DNA from: an uncultured Candidatus Saccharibacteria bacterium | GTDB lineage: Bacteria > Patescibacteriota > Minisyncoccia > UBA6257 > GWB1-50-10 | DNA length: 64,000 nt | Direction: 5' to 3' | NCBI GenBank assembly: GCA_964365955.1 | Contig: CAYISA010000004.1 | Coordinates: forward strand, 2,939-66,938 | In this document: positions 1 through 9,994 of the stretch, one piece after another | Numbering within the stretch: the first letter of the stretch is position 1 | Layout of the letters: every line of letters begins with the position of its first letter | Position numbers and translations under genes: made by a program | The notes under the pieces: model-generated | Database searches by the model: none | What the model saw: the letters and a program-made list of their open reading frames with translations, nothing else | Told to the model about the DNA's origin: nothing

Positions 1-1
1 C

Positions 2-154
2 TATGTTTTCAAACCGAGCTCGACGTCCGGTACCGGGTTTGGGCATTATAAGCTGATGGCGAATTTGGAAAGCGGAAAATATATTCCGAAAGGAGCAACA
101 GACGGAGGAGTCGTCCCCGATTGGTACGAGTTTGGGAGCGATCTATCATTTTAA
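2..154 (+). CDS. 3' end of an upstream gene (partial, C-terminal 51 codons, enters from window edge)
   Basis: Open frame from position 2 reads ...GKYIPKGATDGGVVPDWYEFGSDLSF* with stop at 152-154. No start in window. Not in ORF track. Confidence 0.25.
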   Translation, partial: YVFKPSSTSGTGFGHYKLMANLESGKYIPKGATDGGVVPDWYEFGSDLSF

Positions 155-213
155 TTGGTAAGTTTACACGAAACCCCGTCTATGAACGGAATTTTTTGTT
201 ATAATAAGAGCGT

Positions 214-1929
214 ATGATTAATCTTCCGCCGGCAAAATTGGGGGAGATCCTTGTGAATGCCGGCATTGTGACGGAGAACGTGTTCAACACGGCCGTGGAG
301 GAGTCCCAGCGCCGCAGGCAGAATATTGTGGATATTCTAATTGCGCAAAACCTTATCACGAAGGATTATTTTAACGCGCTCGTCGCGCAGACGCTCGGTG
401 TAGAGCGGATCAATTTAGGGAATGTAAAAATAAACGAGGAATTCTTGCGGCTGTTGCCGGAAGAAGTGGCAAAACGCCGCCGCGTGATTGTGTTCGGGCG
501 CGACGAGAACGGCAGTTATCAAGTGGCGATGGAAGACCCCACTGATCTTGAGGCGATTGATTTCCTTTCGCTACGCTTGAAAGGCAAGGTGCGACCGTAT
601 CTTACGAGCGATGAAGATTTAAATCGCGGGTTTTCCCTTTATGAAAAGAAACTCACCTACGATTTCAAGAAGATTATCGAAGAAAGCGTACAACAATCAT
701 TGCGCTCACGCGTGAAAGGGGATATCGAAAAAGAAGCCGCCGATATCCCGATTGTGGCGATTGTGGACAATCTTTTTGCGTACGGCTACTCTTCGCGCGC
801 GTCGGATATTCATTTCGAAGTGTTGGATGATGCCGTGTTGGTGCGGTACCGCATCGACGGCGTGCTCCATGAAATTATCCGCATGCCGAAGGAAATCCTT
901 GCCGCCATCGTTGCGCGCATTAAACTGCTTTCGAATCTCCGCGTGGATGAACACGCGAAGCCCCAAGACGGAAGGTTCCGCCATAAAATCGCGGATTCCA
1001 TCATGGACGTGCGCGTTTCCGTGATCCCCACGTTCCATGGAGAAAAAATCGCGTTGCGCTTACTTGCCGCTTCCCAAAAACCGCTTTCACTCTCCGACAT
1101 CGGTTTGATGGACGAGGATTTAAAGATTGTCGAGGACGCGACCAATAAATCGTTCGGAATGGTTATTGCAAGCGGTCCTACGGGATCGGGGAAAACCACT
1201 ACGCTTTATGCGCTCATGAACATTTTGAACCGTCCCGAAGTGAACATCGTCACAATCGAAGACCCGATTGAGTACGATCTTCGATACCTGAACCAAGTAC
1301 AGGTGAATGTGGCGGCGGGCGTCACCTTTGCAAGCGGTTTACGTTCTCTGCTGCGCCAAGATCCAAATGTGGTGATGGTCGGAGAAGTTCGCGACAATGA
1401 AACAGCGAATATTGCGGTGCAGGCCGCTCTCACGGGCCACCTGGTGCTTTCAAGTTTGCATACCAACGATGCGCCCACCGCCATTCCGCGTCTTATGGAC
1501 ATGGGCATTCCTCCGTTTTTGGTTTCCGCCGTTTTAAATACGATTGTTGCACAGCGCTTGGTGCGTAGCATCCATAAAGATTGTGTGGAATCGAGCATCC
1601 CCGATGCGGACACGGAAGAGCAAATTCGCCGCGAGATAAAAACAGCGGGATTGAATGTGGAAAAAGTCCGGATTCCAACGACCCTGTATCGCGGGCATGG
1701 ATGCGCGGCATGCAATTACACCGGATACTTCGGGCGCGTCGGAATTTTTGAGGTGTTGCGGATTACCGAAGCGGTGCGGAAGGTGATTACCAGCTCCGAT
1801 TTTAATTTAGACATACTCCGTTCTGCCGCGCGGATGGAGGGCATGACGACGATGTTTGAAGACGGACTCCATAAAGTGGAGCAGGGGATCACGACCCTCG
1901 AGGAGGTCTTTCGCGTGATTCGCGAGTAA
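214..1929 (+). CDS. pilB: Type IV pilus assembly ATPase PilB (GspE family)
   Basis: 571 aa. Walker A GPTGSGKTTT, GspE-type N-terminal domain, Asp/His boxes, C-terminal CxxC (GHGCAACNYTG) typical of PilB/GspE. Confidence 0.85.
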   Translation: MINLPPAKLGEILVNAGIVTENVFNTAVEESQRRRQNIVDILIAQNLITKDYFNALVAQTLGVERINLGNVKINEEFLRLLPEEVAKRRRVIVFGRDENGSYQVAMEDPTDLEAIDFLSLRLKGKVRPYLTSDEDLNRGFSLYEKKLTYDFKKIIEESVQQSLRSRVKGDIEKEAADIPIVAIVDNLFAYGYSSRASDIHFEVLDDAVLVRYRIDGVLHEIIRMPKEILAAIVARIKLLSNLRVDEHAKPQDGRFRHKIADSIMDVRVSVIPTFHGEKIALRLLAASQKPLSLSDIGLMDEDLKIVEDATNKSFGMVIASGPTGSGKTTTLYALMNILNRPEVNIVTIEDPIEYDLRYLNQVQVNVAAGVTFASGLRSLLRQDPNVVMVGEVRDNETANIAVQAALTGHLVLSSLHTNDAPTAIPRLMDMGIPPFLVSAVLNTIVAQRLVRSIHKDCVESSIPDADTEEQIRREIKTAGLNVEKVRIPTTLYRGHGCAACNYTGYFGRVGIFEVLRITEAVRKVITSSDFNLDILRSAARMEGMTTMFEDGLHKVEQGITTLEEVFRVIRE

Positions 1930-1958
1930 CAGCGAACAGTATACAATGAACTAGAAAC

Positions 1959-3161
1959 ATGGAATTTCACTACATAGCATCACAGCCGGATGGAAAAATC
2001 GTGGAGAACGACACGGACGCCTCGAATATTGCCGAGGTGCTCACGTTTATTGCCTCAAAGAATTGGAAACCGGTAAGTGTGCGTCCCAAAGAAACGCATA
2101 AGCGGTTGCGCTTGTTTCGAGGAGCGGTGAATTTAAGCGATCAGATCTTTGTAACAAAATATCTTGCGCTGATGCTCAAGATCGGAACGGGGCTACTCGA
2201 AGCGATCAATATTCTAATCGCAGACTTCGACAAATTGGCGATTAAAGAGATTCTCATGGAGGTACGTTCTAATCTGGAGCAAGGGAAACCCTTTCATTTG
2301 ACGTTCCAAAAGTATCCGCAGATTTTCAGTGCCGTTACGGTGAATCTCATCAAAGCGGGAGAAGCGTCCGGGAATTTGGAACGTGTGTTTGAAGATGTGA
2401 CGGTTTCGCTCACGAAGCAGAAAGATTTGCACGATCAGCTTAAAAGCGCGCTCATCTATCCGATTATTTTGATTGTGGGCGCGATCGGTATTATGGCGCT
2501 TATTATCACATTCGCACTTCCGAAAGTCGCAAAAGTATTTTTGGATGGCGGATTTCAGCCGCCGCCGTTTTCGAGCGCCGTATTTTCTATTGGGTTCTTT
2601 TTCCGTGATTTCGGCCCGTATTTTTTGGGCGGATTGGTGTTCATAGCCATTGCGTCCGTGTATCTGATGCGTTCGTCGGTGATCTTCCGTAAATTCGTGA
2701 GCAATCTGTTTTCGGAAGTGCCGCTCATAAAGGATATCGTGAAAAAAATTGCGCTCCAACGGTTCGCCCGAACCCTTGCATCGTTGGTGCGCGCGGGCCT
2801 TCCGATTACCGAGGCGCTTGAAATCACCGCGGATGCGACCGGAAATCCTGCGCTCAAAGAGAGTCTGATTCGTATCGCGCGCGAAGGGTTGGCAAAGGGC
2901 CTTACGTTTGGCGATGCGTTCAAACGCGAACCGTTTTTCCCGCAAACCGTGGTGAACTTGATCAGCATCTCGGAAAAAGCGGGGCATATCGAGGAGGTGC
3001 TCGAAACGCTTAGCGATTTTTACGTGAAAGAGATCGACAGTTCCGTGAAATCGTTGGTATCATTCCTGGAACCCATTCTTCTTTTATTCATCGGCGTGGC
3101 GATTGCCGCCATTGCGCTTGCAGTCATCATCCCGATCTACCAGTTGACGACGCAGTTCTGA
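1959..3161 (+). CDS. pilC: Type IV pilus platform protein PilC (GspF family)
   Basis: 400 aa polytopic membrane protein with duplicated GspF-type cytoplasmic domains, immediately after pilB. Confidence 0.8.
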   Translation: MEFHYIASQPDGKIVENDTDASNIAEVLTFIASKNWKPVSVRPKETHKRLRLFRGAVNLSDQIFVTKYLALMLKIGTGLLEAINILIADFDKLAIKEILMEVRSNLEQGKPFHLTFQKYPQIFSAVTVNLIKAGEASGNLERVFEDVTVSLTKQKDLHDQLKSALIYPIILIVGAIGIMALIITFALPKVAKVFLDGGFQPPPFSSAVFSIGFFFRDFGPYFLGGLVFIAIASVYLMRSSVIFRKFVSNLFSEVPLIKDIVKKIALQRFARTLASLVRAGLPITEALEITADATGNPALKESLIRIAREGLAKGLTFGDAFKREPFFPQTVVNLISISEKAGHIEEVLETLSDFYVKEIDSSVKSLVSFLEPILLLFIGVAIAAIALAVIIPIYQLTTQF

Positions 3162-3168
3162 CGCGCTT

Positions 3169-3651
3169 ATGATCCGAATGAAACGTTTTCGCGATCGCCC
3201 GGGGTTCACATTGGTAGAACTCTTGGTGGTCGTTGCCATCATGGCGGTTATCGCAACCGTCGGCTTTTTGGGACTCGCGAATTACCGTTCAGGCAAGAAT
3301 CTGGATTTTACGATAAACGAAATCGCCGCTGCTCTACGTGCTACGCAGGAACGCGCCATCACGCAGGAAAACGGCAAAGCGTGGGGAATCCGTTTTACCA
3401 ACTCCACAAGCGGCGTCCAAAGTTATACGGTTTTTAGCGGAACGGTGTTCGCACCCTCGGGGGTAGATAAAACCTATGGGCTTCGTCGCGGAACCCGCTT
3501 CACCGATCCGGTCGCAAGCTCCACAAAAGATCTTTTTTTTCAGGCGATATCCGGCAAACCGTCCGCATATTTTTCGATAACGCTGAAAGGAGATACCACG
3601 CAGATAAAAAACATTATTGTCGCCACGTCGGGGGTGATTTCGATTCAATGA
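3169..3651 (+). CDS. Type IV prepilin (major pilin candidate)
   Basis: N-terminal class III signal: ...RPG|FTLVELLVVVAIMAVIA with Glu at +5 and a hydrophobic helix. 160 aa. Confidence 0.7.
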   Translation: MIRMKRFRDRPGFTLVELLVVVAIMAVIATVGFLGLANYRSGKNLDFTINEIAAALRATQERAITQENGKAWGIRFTNSTSGVQSYTVFSGTVFAPSGVDKTYGLRRGTRFTDPVASSTKDLFFQAISGKPSAYFSITLKGDTTQIKNIIVATSGVISIQ

Positions 3652-3655
3652 AATC

Positions 3656-4972
3656 ATGAAATCCCCACGCGCATCCGTCGCAGGCCAATCTCTTTTGGAG
3701 GTCCTTATCGGGCTTTCGATCGGAGCGATCATCATCGGAGCGGCAGTATTTACGATTGGCGGAATGTTGCGTTCAACCACCGTGACACAGCAGAACCGAT
3801 CCGCTTCACTTATCACGCAGGATCTTTTGGATCGCGCCCGCTCCTTTTTTTCGGAAAGTTGGCGGAATTTTTCCGCAGTTTCAACAAGCTCCGCAAATCA
3901 TTACTTCTTGAATGCTTCAGGGAGCACGTTTCTAGCCGTGAAGGGTGAAGAGGGCGTTTGGGATAACGACGTTTCGTCGGGGCTAGTAGGACAGTGGAAA
4001 TTGGACGAAGATGCATCCGTCGCAACGTCTACCTACGACGGATCGGGGAACGGAAATGTGGGTGCCTTGCAGTATGGCGTTGGGACAACAACACTTCCGG
4101 CGCGTCTTGGTTTGCCCGCGTGCAGAATATCGAATTGTCTACAGTTCAATGGGGCACAGCAGGTGGGTCTTAATTTGGGGAACTGGGTCCGCGTTCCATA
4201 CTCTTCAGCTTTTGATTTAACCGGATCTGCGATTACGCTTTCTGTGTGGGTGCGTCCGGTTTTGAATCCTCCGGTGGGGCAGTACGGCGGTATTCTCAGC
4301 CACAGTGGAGTCATCGCAGGGTATCGTTTACTCCATGCAACAGGCGGAGGATTATTGTTTCAGATCGGGAGTCCCACCACTTATAATCTAAATTCATTAA
4401 AAACACTTGTTCTGAATCAATGGAATTATATCGCCGCTGTTTTGGAAAACGGTGCGATGAAAATCTATTTGAACGGTGTGTTGGACGCGCAAGGCGCAGG
4501 ACCCGCCGCGCTTCTTCCGTCGGCTGAATATTTTTATATCGGAGTCACCCCCGATTATTCTTCGTTGAATGGCTTGATTGATGATGCACGTGTGTATGGC
4601 CGCGCGCTTTCGGCAGACGAGATCGTAAAACTTTCAAAAGCCAGTCCATTTCGGCGGTATTTTTATGTGGATGATGCGTGTCGTACCAGTGATGCCTCGA
4701 GTACACTTGCGGGCGTTGCCCCCTGCGGAGGGATGATCACAGACCCCGCCACGAAAGGAATCAGCGTGGTCACGGAGTGGGTGGTCGGCGGAAAAACCAG
4801 TCAATACACGTTTATGGATTATCTGACGCGCTGGCAGAACGGAACATTCTGGCAAAACGACTGGTCGGGCGGTCCGGCATCCGACACGCCGCTCCCGCAG
4901 CCCGGTAATACCTTCGCATCTTCTACCAATCTGCAGTTCGCGAGCGGGACGTTACGGCTCAAGAATCTTTAA
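3656..4972 (+). CDS. Prepilin-type minor pilin with LamG/concanavalin-A-like lectin domain
   Basis: N-terminus AG|QSLLEVLIGLSIGAIII (prepilin motif, E at +5). Central region carries LamG-like signatures (...NGLIDDARVYGRALSADEI...). 438 aa. Confidence 0.6.
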   Translation: MKSPRASVAGQSLLEVLIGLSIGAIIIGAAVFTIGGMLRSTTVTQQNRSASLITQDLLDRARSFFSESWRNFSAVSTSSANHYFLNASGSTFLAVKGEEGVWDNDVSSGLVGQWKLDEDASVATSTYDGSGNGNVGALQYGVGTTTLPARLGLPACRISNCLQFNGAQQVGLNLGNWVRVPYSSAFDLTGSAITLSVWVRPVLNPPVGQYGGILSHSGVIAGYRLLHATGGGLLFQIGSPTTYNLNSLKTLVLNQWNYIAAVLENGAMKIYLNGVLDAQGAGPAALLPSAEYFYIGVTPDYSSLNGLIDDARVYGRALSADEIVKLSKASPFRRYFYVDDACRTSDASSTLAGVAPCGGMITDPATKGISVVTEWVVGGKTSQYTFMDYLTRWQNGTFWQNDWSGGPASDTPLPQPGNTFASSTNLQFASGTLRLKNL

Positions 4973-4975
4973 TTT

Positions 4976-6505
4976 TTATTTCAGAACTCTCACAAAACTT
5001 CCTGGTGGAACCTTGTCTTTATCTTGCGGCAACACATAATGTATGTTTTTTGTGGCCTGTTCCGATGGTAAAAACGTATCGGTTAAAAACATCACCGTTT
5101 GCGTAGGCATGGGGAGCCCGCGCACATCCGTGCCTTTTGCCTCCACAATAATATACTTTTGTGTCTCGCGCGGCAGAATATTCAGTTCGTCGGCGAGTTT
5201 AACGTCAGATTGGATAAATGCATCCGCCGTATTTGGATTTTTACCCCACGTAATAAAGTAGCTCCGGAACGGTTCCAAAATCAAAACGACAAACAACACC
5301 ATTGTCCCAACGCGAAGCAGGACGGTGCCATAGGCAAATTGCGAAAGCACTTTTTTGATATGTTCATAAAGCCAGACGCTTCCGATTGCCGCAAGGATCA
5401 TGACTGCGGGGATCATAAGGATAGAACGGAGCGCATGAGGGAGTCCTTCGTTTGAAACCACAACCGGAAGCGCCGCGACAATAAGCCACGAAACACTAAT
5501 AAAAAGAGGAAATTCAAACTCATTTCTTTCTCTCCATTTTTTAGATACGCATCGCACGGCAAGAACGATCCCTAAAAGAAAGAAAACGCCGACCGGGAAA
5601 AAGAGGAGCGGCCGACCCGCAATATTGTGCCGCCAGTTGCCGTCTCCATAAACATTGAACGAGCCGAGTGTGATTCCGATATTCTTTGCCAGGTCGATCA
5701 CGGGCGTAGGAGAGCTAAAAATGGAAATCTGGCTTGTGCGCCCCAGAAAATCCTGCGGATATTCCGCAAAAAAGATAAGGAGCGGAGTGAGCGCAAGAAC
5801 AAATCCCAAAGAAAACCAGGTCAGGAATTTCAAAAAAATCCGCCACGGATATTTTTTGAAAAGAATATAAGCGGCAACAGCGAATAAAAGGAGCGGCGTT
5901 GCGCGGTAGGCGATATAGGAATGGAACCCGAGCCCGTAAACCAGACCAGCAAAAAATGGCAGAAGTCGCACGGGTTGTTTTTTGGTTTCAGCGGACATTT
6001 TACGGAGCGCCATCAGGATAAAAAATAATCCCCATGTCAGAAAAAACGGGGCCATAATTGCGCGAAATCCGATGCGGGAAAAATTAATGTGCCAGAAGGA
6101 TGTGGCGGTAAAAAAAGCCGCAAAAAGTGGTATCCAGGGATGAGTTTGTTTTTTTGAAAATCGCAAGAGCTCTCGCGTCAAAAAATAAACGCCCAGTACT
6201 GTAAGTACTCCGAATAATGCGCTCGGAACCCGGAGCATCCAGGGTTCAATGTTCCCGGTCTCCCGCATAAAGAAGTTCAGAAAGTAGGCCTGAATGTTGA
6301 TAAACAGTCCTTCTCTGCCGTTGTTTTCGGGATAGAAAACTTTCGGTTCCGTAGCGCCGTGGAGCACCTCAAGCGCGTTATTTCCATTCATCGCCTCGTC
6401 GGGATAGAGTCCGGGCGGAAATGCGGAAAGTTGATAGAAACGAAAAAAGGCCGCAATAAGCACGATCCCTATGACGATCCATGTCGTTTTGAATGATGGC
6501 GCCAT
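4976..6505 (-). CDS. GT-C fold glycosyltransferase (ArnT/PMT-like, polyprenyl-phosphate-sugar dependent)
   Basis: 509 aa with many TM helices. First extracytoplasmic loop has the YPDEAMNG acidic motif typical of the ArnT/PMT_2 family. Confidence 0.65.
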   Translation of the reverse strand: MAPSFKTTWIVIGIVLIAAFFRFYQLSAFPPGLYPDEAMNGNNALEVLHGATEPKVFYPENNGREGLFINIQAYFLNFFMRETGNIEPWMLRVPSALFGVLTVLGVYFLTRELLRFSKKQTHPWIPLFAAFFTATSFWHINFSRIGFRAIMAPFFLTWGLFFILMALRKMSAETKKQPVRLLPFFAGLVYGLGFHSYIAYRATPLLLFAVAAYILFKKYPWRIFLKFLTWFSLGFVLALTPLLIFFAEYPQDFLGRTSQISIFSSPTPVIDLAKNIGITLGSFNVYGDGNWRHNIAGRPLLFFPVGVFFLLGIVLAVRCVSKKWRERNEFEFPLFISVSWLIVAALPVVVSNEGLPHALRSILMIPAVMILAAIGSVWLYEHIKKVLSQFAYGTVLLRVGTMVLFVVLILEPFRSYFITWGKNPNTADAFIQSDVKLADELNILPRETQKYIIVEAKGTDVRGLPMPTQTVMFLTDTFLPSEQATKNIHYVLPQDKDKVPPGSFVRVLK

Positions 6506-6535
6506 TCTTGTATAATTTAATTATACAAGAATCCC

Positions 6536-6949
6536 ATGCCTAATGTCGTTAATTTTGGACCTGACTTTGAACGGAGTCTCACGCGCATCAAGGAAGACAT
6601 TGCGGAGCAGAAATCTATCCCCGGGAATGAGCAGATGGAAGAACGCGAGCTGATGAGACAATCGCTTGAGAAAATGGCCGCCGCGGTTGCGGTTCCCCCC
6701 GCGCAAGAACCCCCCGCTTCGTCCGCGCCACAGGCGGACGCGTCTTCGCTTCCCGCGTACCTTTCGAATGCCTCCGCCGATCCGCGTGTAAAAGAGGAAG
6801 TCCAGCGATTGGTGAATCTTGCGTTTAGCGATCACATCGAAAAGGCGATTTCTGAAGCAAAAAAACACCCCCCGTTTGTGGTGGACGCCCTGCACGACGC
6901 GCTGGTGGATAAATTAATTCCGGAAATGAAACGCCGGGGCATGCTTTAG
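6536..6949 (+). CDS. Hypothetical protein
   Basis: 137 aa ORF in an intergenic position, Pro/Ala-rich centre, no recognisable domain. Confidence 0.4.
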   Translation: MPNVVNFGPDFERSLTRIKEDIAEQKSIPGNEQMEERELMRQSLEKMAAAVAVPPAQEPPASSAPQADASSLPAYLSNASADPRVKEEVQRLVNLAFSDHIEKAISEAKKHPPFVVDALHDALVDKLIPEMKRRGML

Positions 6950-6964
6950 CCGTTTTTTATCTTC

Positions 6965-9337
6965 ATGCTTTCCACACTTTTTTTCGGCGTGATTTTAGGA
7001 GGCATCTTTGCGGGTGCGTATGCGTGGTTTCGGCGCGCGCAATATCAAAAACTTCTGGAAGGATTGCAGGTGCGTTTGATTTTAGTGCGCCTTCCGCTCG
7101 GAGGAAAAGAAGGCCGCGATCTCATGAAAGAAATCGCATTGACCGAGCAACTGATTGCTGCGCTTGCGGCGTTTAAAAAACCGTTCGTATTCGAAGTGGC
7201 GGTACCGTATGTCGGAGAAGAGATTCATTTTTATATTTCCGTTTCGGAACAGTATGTGGACGCCGCTGTCCGCCAGGTACAGTCCATGTGGGACGATGCC
7301 GATATTCGCAAGGTGGAGGATTACAATATTTTCAATTATCAGGGTTACACGACGGGTGCCTGGCTGAAAGAAAAAGAAAAGTTCGTGTTGCCGATTCGCA
7401 CCTATCAGGAACTCATGAGTGACACTTTTTCAAGTATCTTGGGTGGTTTCGCGCAGACAAAAGAGGTGGGCGAAGGCGCGGCACTGCAGATTGTCGTCCA
7501 GTCCGCAAGCGCGAAGGCAAAAAAAGAAATTGTTGCCTCACTGGGCTTTTTGAAAAAAGGCGGGAAATTAAAAGAAGTGCTTCATGCGGAAAAAATTGGT
7601 GCCTCGGACGTAGTTTCTGCGGCTCTGGCGGGGAAAAAATCGGGGAATGTTCCGGGACCGCAAGAGTCGAAAGTGATCGACGAAATGGCCGTGAAAGCAA
7701 TCGAGACAAAACTGGCAAAACCACTTTTTGACGTTAATGTTCGCATTTTGACCTCTGCGCCGAGTCAGCTACAGGCGGAGTCCTTGCTGGATGGAATTTC
7801 CGCCGGATTTTCGCAGTTCGGCACGACAGGGAGGAACGAGTTTCAGATGACAAAACCGCGCGCGATCAAGAATCTTGTCCGTGCGTTTTCATTTCGCGCG
7901 TTCGACGAAAAACAGAAAATGACGCTTACCAGCGAAGAGCTGGCGAGTATTTTCCATTTTCCAACCGTGTTTACGTCTACTCCGAAAATCAAATATCTCA
8001 AAGCCAAGGAAGCGGCGCCGCCACGCAATCTTCCGACATTCGGGACCCTTCTCGGCGAGAGTTCTTTCCGCGGCGAGTCAAAACCGATTTTCTTGACCGA
8101 CGAAGATCGCCGCCGCCATCTTTACGTTATCGGTCAGACCGGAACCGGCAAGACGACGCTGTTGAAGGGAATGATGCTCGACGACATCCGAAAAGGAAAA
8201 GGCATCGGCGTTATCGATCCGCACGGAGAGTTTGCCGAGTTCGCGCTCGCGAACATTCCGCCCGAACGCGCCAAAGACGTTATCGTGTTCGACCCCGCGG
8301 ATTTTGAGCGGCCGGTGGGACTCAACATGCTCGAATATCATTTTGATCGTCCGGAGGAAAAAACATTTATTGTGAATGACATGCTGGGCATTTTGGACAA
8401 GCTCTATGATTTGCGGCAGACGGGGGGCCCCATGTTCGAGCAGTATATGAGGAATGCTCTCTTGCTGCTCATGGAAGACGCGCCGAATCAGCCTGCGTCG
8501 CTTGTGGAGCTGCCGCGGATTTTTACCGACAGCGCATGGCGCGCAAAAAAACTGGCACGCATCACCAACCCTATTGTGATCGATTTTTGGGAGAAAGAAG
8601 CGACCAAAGCGGGCGGAGAAGCGTCACTTGCGAATATCACGCCTTATGTCACCTCGAAATTCAGCAATTTTATTGCAAATGATTATATGCGCCCGATTAT
8701 CGGCCAGCCGAAATCTGCATTCAATTTTCGCGAAATCATGGATCAGGGGAAAATCCTGATTGTAAGTTTGTCGAAAGGAAAGATCGGCGATGTGAATATG
8801 GGATTACTTGGGATGATTGTGATCTCAAAACTCCTTTTTGCTGCTCTTTCGCGTGTGGATATTCCAAACGAATCGTCCCGAAAAGATTTTTATCTTTACA
8901 TCGACGAGTTCCAGAATTTCGCGACCGATTCCATTTCCGTGATTCTTTCAGAGGCGCGTAAATACCGATTGTCGCTTACCATTGCCCATCAATTCATCGC
9001 CCAGCTTCCCGAAAAAATTCGCGACGCGGTATTCGGGAACGTCGGCTCCGCAATCGCCTTGCGCGTGGGACCCCAGGACGCGGAATTTTTGACCAAACAA
9101 TTTACGCCGGTGTTTAACGAAAGCGATTTATTGAATATCGACAACCTGAACGCGCACGCGCGCATTTTGGTCGACGGCATGGTCGCACCGCCGTTTAATA
9201 TTCGCGTAAATACCGCTGCGTTCTCCGCAAAAGGAGACGTACAAATGGCCGAGCGGCTGCGCAATCTCTCACGCCTTACCTATGGACGTGATCGGGGCGA
9301 AGTTGAAGAAGAAATTCGTCGCAGATTAAGAGAATAA
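6965..9337 (+). CDS. Type IV secretion coupling-protein-like ATPase (VirD4/TraD/TraG-TrwB family, membrane anchored)
   Basis: 790 aa. N-terminal TM helix, Walker A GQTGTGKTT near aa 390, Walker B-like YLYIDEFQNFA, C-terminal TraD/TraG-like region (AHQFIAQLPEKIRDAVFGNVGS). Confidence 0.6.
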   Translation: MLSTLFFGVILGGIFAGAYAWFRRAQYQKLLEGLQVRLILVRLPLGGKEGRDLMKEIALTEQLIAALAAFKKPFVFEVAVPYVGEEIHFYISVSEQYVDAAVRQVQSMWDDADIRKVEDYNIFNYQGYTTGAWLKEKEKFVLPIRTYQELMSDTFSSILGGFAQTKEVGEGAALQIVVQSASAKAKKEIVASLGFLKKGGKLKEVLHAEKIGASDVVSAALAGKKSGNVPGPQESKVIDEMAVKAIETKLAKPLFDVNVRILTSAPSQLQAESLLDGISAGFSQFGTTGRNEFQMTKPRAIKNLVRAFSFRAFDEKQKMTLTSEELASIFHFPTVFTSTPKIKYLKAKEAAPPRNLPTFGTLLGESSFRGESKPIFLTDEDRRRHLYVIGQTGTGKTTLLKGMMLDDIRKGKGIGVIDPHGEFAEFALANIPPERAKDVIVFDPADFERPVGLNMLEYHFDRPEEKTFIVNDMLGILDKLYDLRQTGGPMFEQYMRNALLLLMEDAPNQPASLVELPRIFTDSAWRAKKLARITNPIVIDFWEKEATKAGGEASLANITPYVTSKFSNFIANDYMRPIIGQPKSAFNFREIMDQGKILIVSLSKGKIGDVNMGLLGMIVISKLLFAALSRVDIPNESSRKDFYLYIDEFQNFATDSISVILSEARKYRLSLTIAHQFIAQLPEKIRDAVFGNVGSAIALRVGPQDAEFLTKQFTPVFNESDLLNIDNLNAHARILVDGMVAPPFNIRVNTAAFSAKGDVQMAERLRNLSRLTYGRDRGEVEEEIRRRLRE

Positions 9338-9342
9338 AACAT

Positions 9343-9987
9343 ATGACAAAAAAAGATTATAAATTGGTCACGCTTATCGGTTTTTTGGTCGGTTGGCTGG
9401 TGCTTCCGGTTATTGCAAATATAGGGAAGCGCTATGGAGTGACGGTCAGCATCCCGCTGGGCGCCGCGTCCGTTCTTGGTTTTTCAGCTTTTGCGCCTCT
9501 CGCGCTTTGGGTGCTGCATCTGCTTTCAAAAAAAATTCCGGTGTTTCTGCAGTTCGGAAAATTCGCGGCCGTGGGGACGCTGAACACGCTTTTGAATTTT
9601 GCGGTGTTGAACACGCTGATTTTTATGACGGATATTTCGGCGGGGTGGACCTATACCGGGTTCACCGTCATCGCCTTTTTTATAGCGACCACCAATAGTT
9701 ATTTTTGGAATAAGTTTTGGACGTTTCAGAGCCGTATTCCGCTGGGGTGGGGTGAGTATGCGCGGTTCGCCCTTTTTACCGTCGGCGGAGTGATTTTGAA
9801 TTCGGGGGTTGCATCGCTCATTGTGAACGGAATAGGGGCTCCCCAGGGAGTTGCGCCGGAGTTATGGGCGAATGTGGGCGCCCTGGGCGGCGTTGCCGTG
9901 TCTTTTCTCTGGAATTTTTTGACCTATCGCCGTATCGTGTTCCGTGCCAGCGGCGGTTCCCCGGAAGCGGCAAATCCCGTACAATAA
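9343..9987 (+). CDS. GtrA family membrane protein (polyprenyl-phosphate-sugar flippase-like)
   Basis: 214 aa, 4+ TM helices, GtrA-like signature FAAVGTLNTLLNFAVLNTLIF. Confidence 0.7.
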   Translation: MTKKDYKLVTLIGFLVGWLVLPVIANIGKRYGVTVSIPLGAASVLGFSAFAPLALWVLHLLSKKIPVFLQFGKFAAVGTLNTLLNFAVLNTLIFMTDISAGWTYTGFTVIAFFIATTNSYFWNKFWTFQSRIPLGWGEYARFALFTVGGVILNSGVASLIVNGIGAPQGVAPELWANVGALGGVAVSFLWNFLTYRRIVFRASGGSPEAANPVQ

Positions 9988-9994
9988 TAGAATA

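Noticed and set aside
2214-2987. Long antisense ORFs inside pilC, rpoB, rpoC, dnaE, the giant protein and similar genes (e.g. 2214-2987, 19697-20191, 22946-23650, 48544-49167)
   Set aside because: They lie entirely within and antisense to well-supported conserved genes, are low-complexity Arg/His-rich, and lack RBS or motifs. They are typical shadow ORFs.
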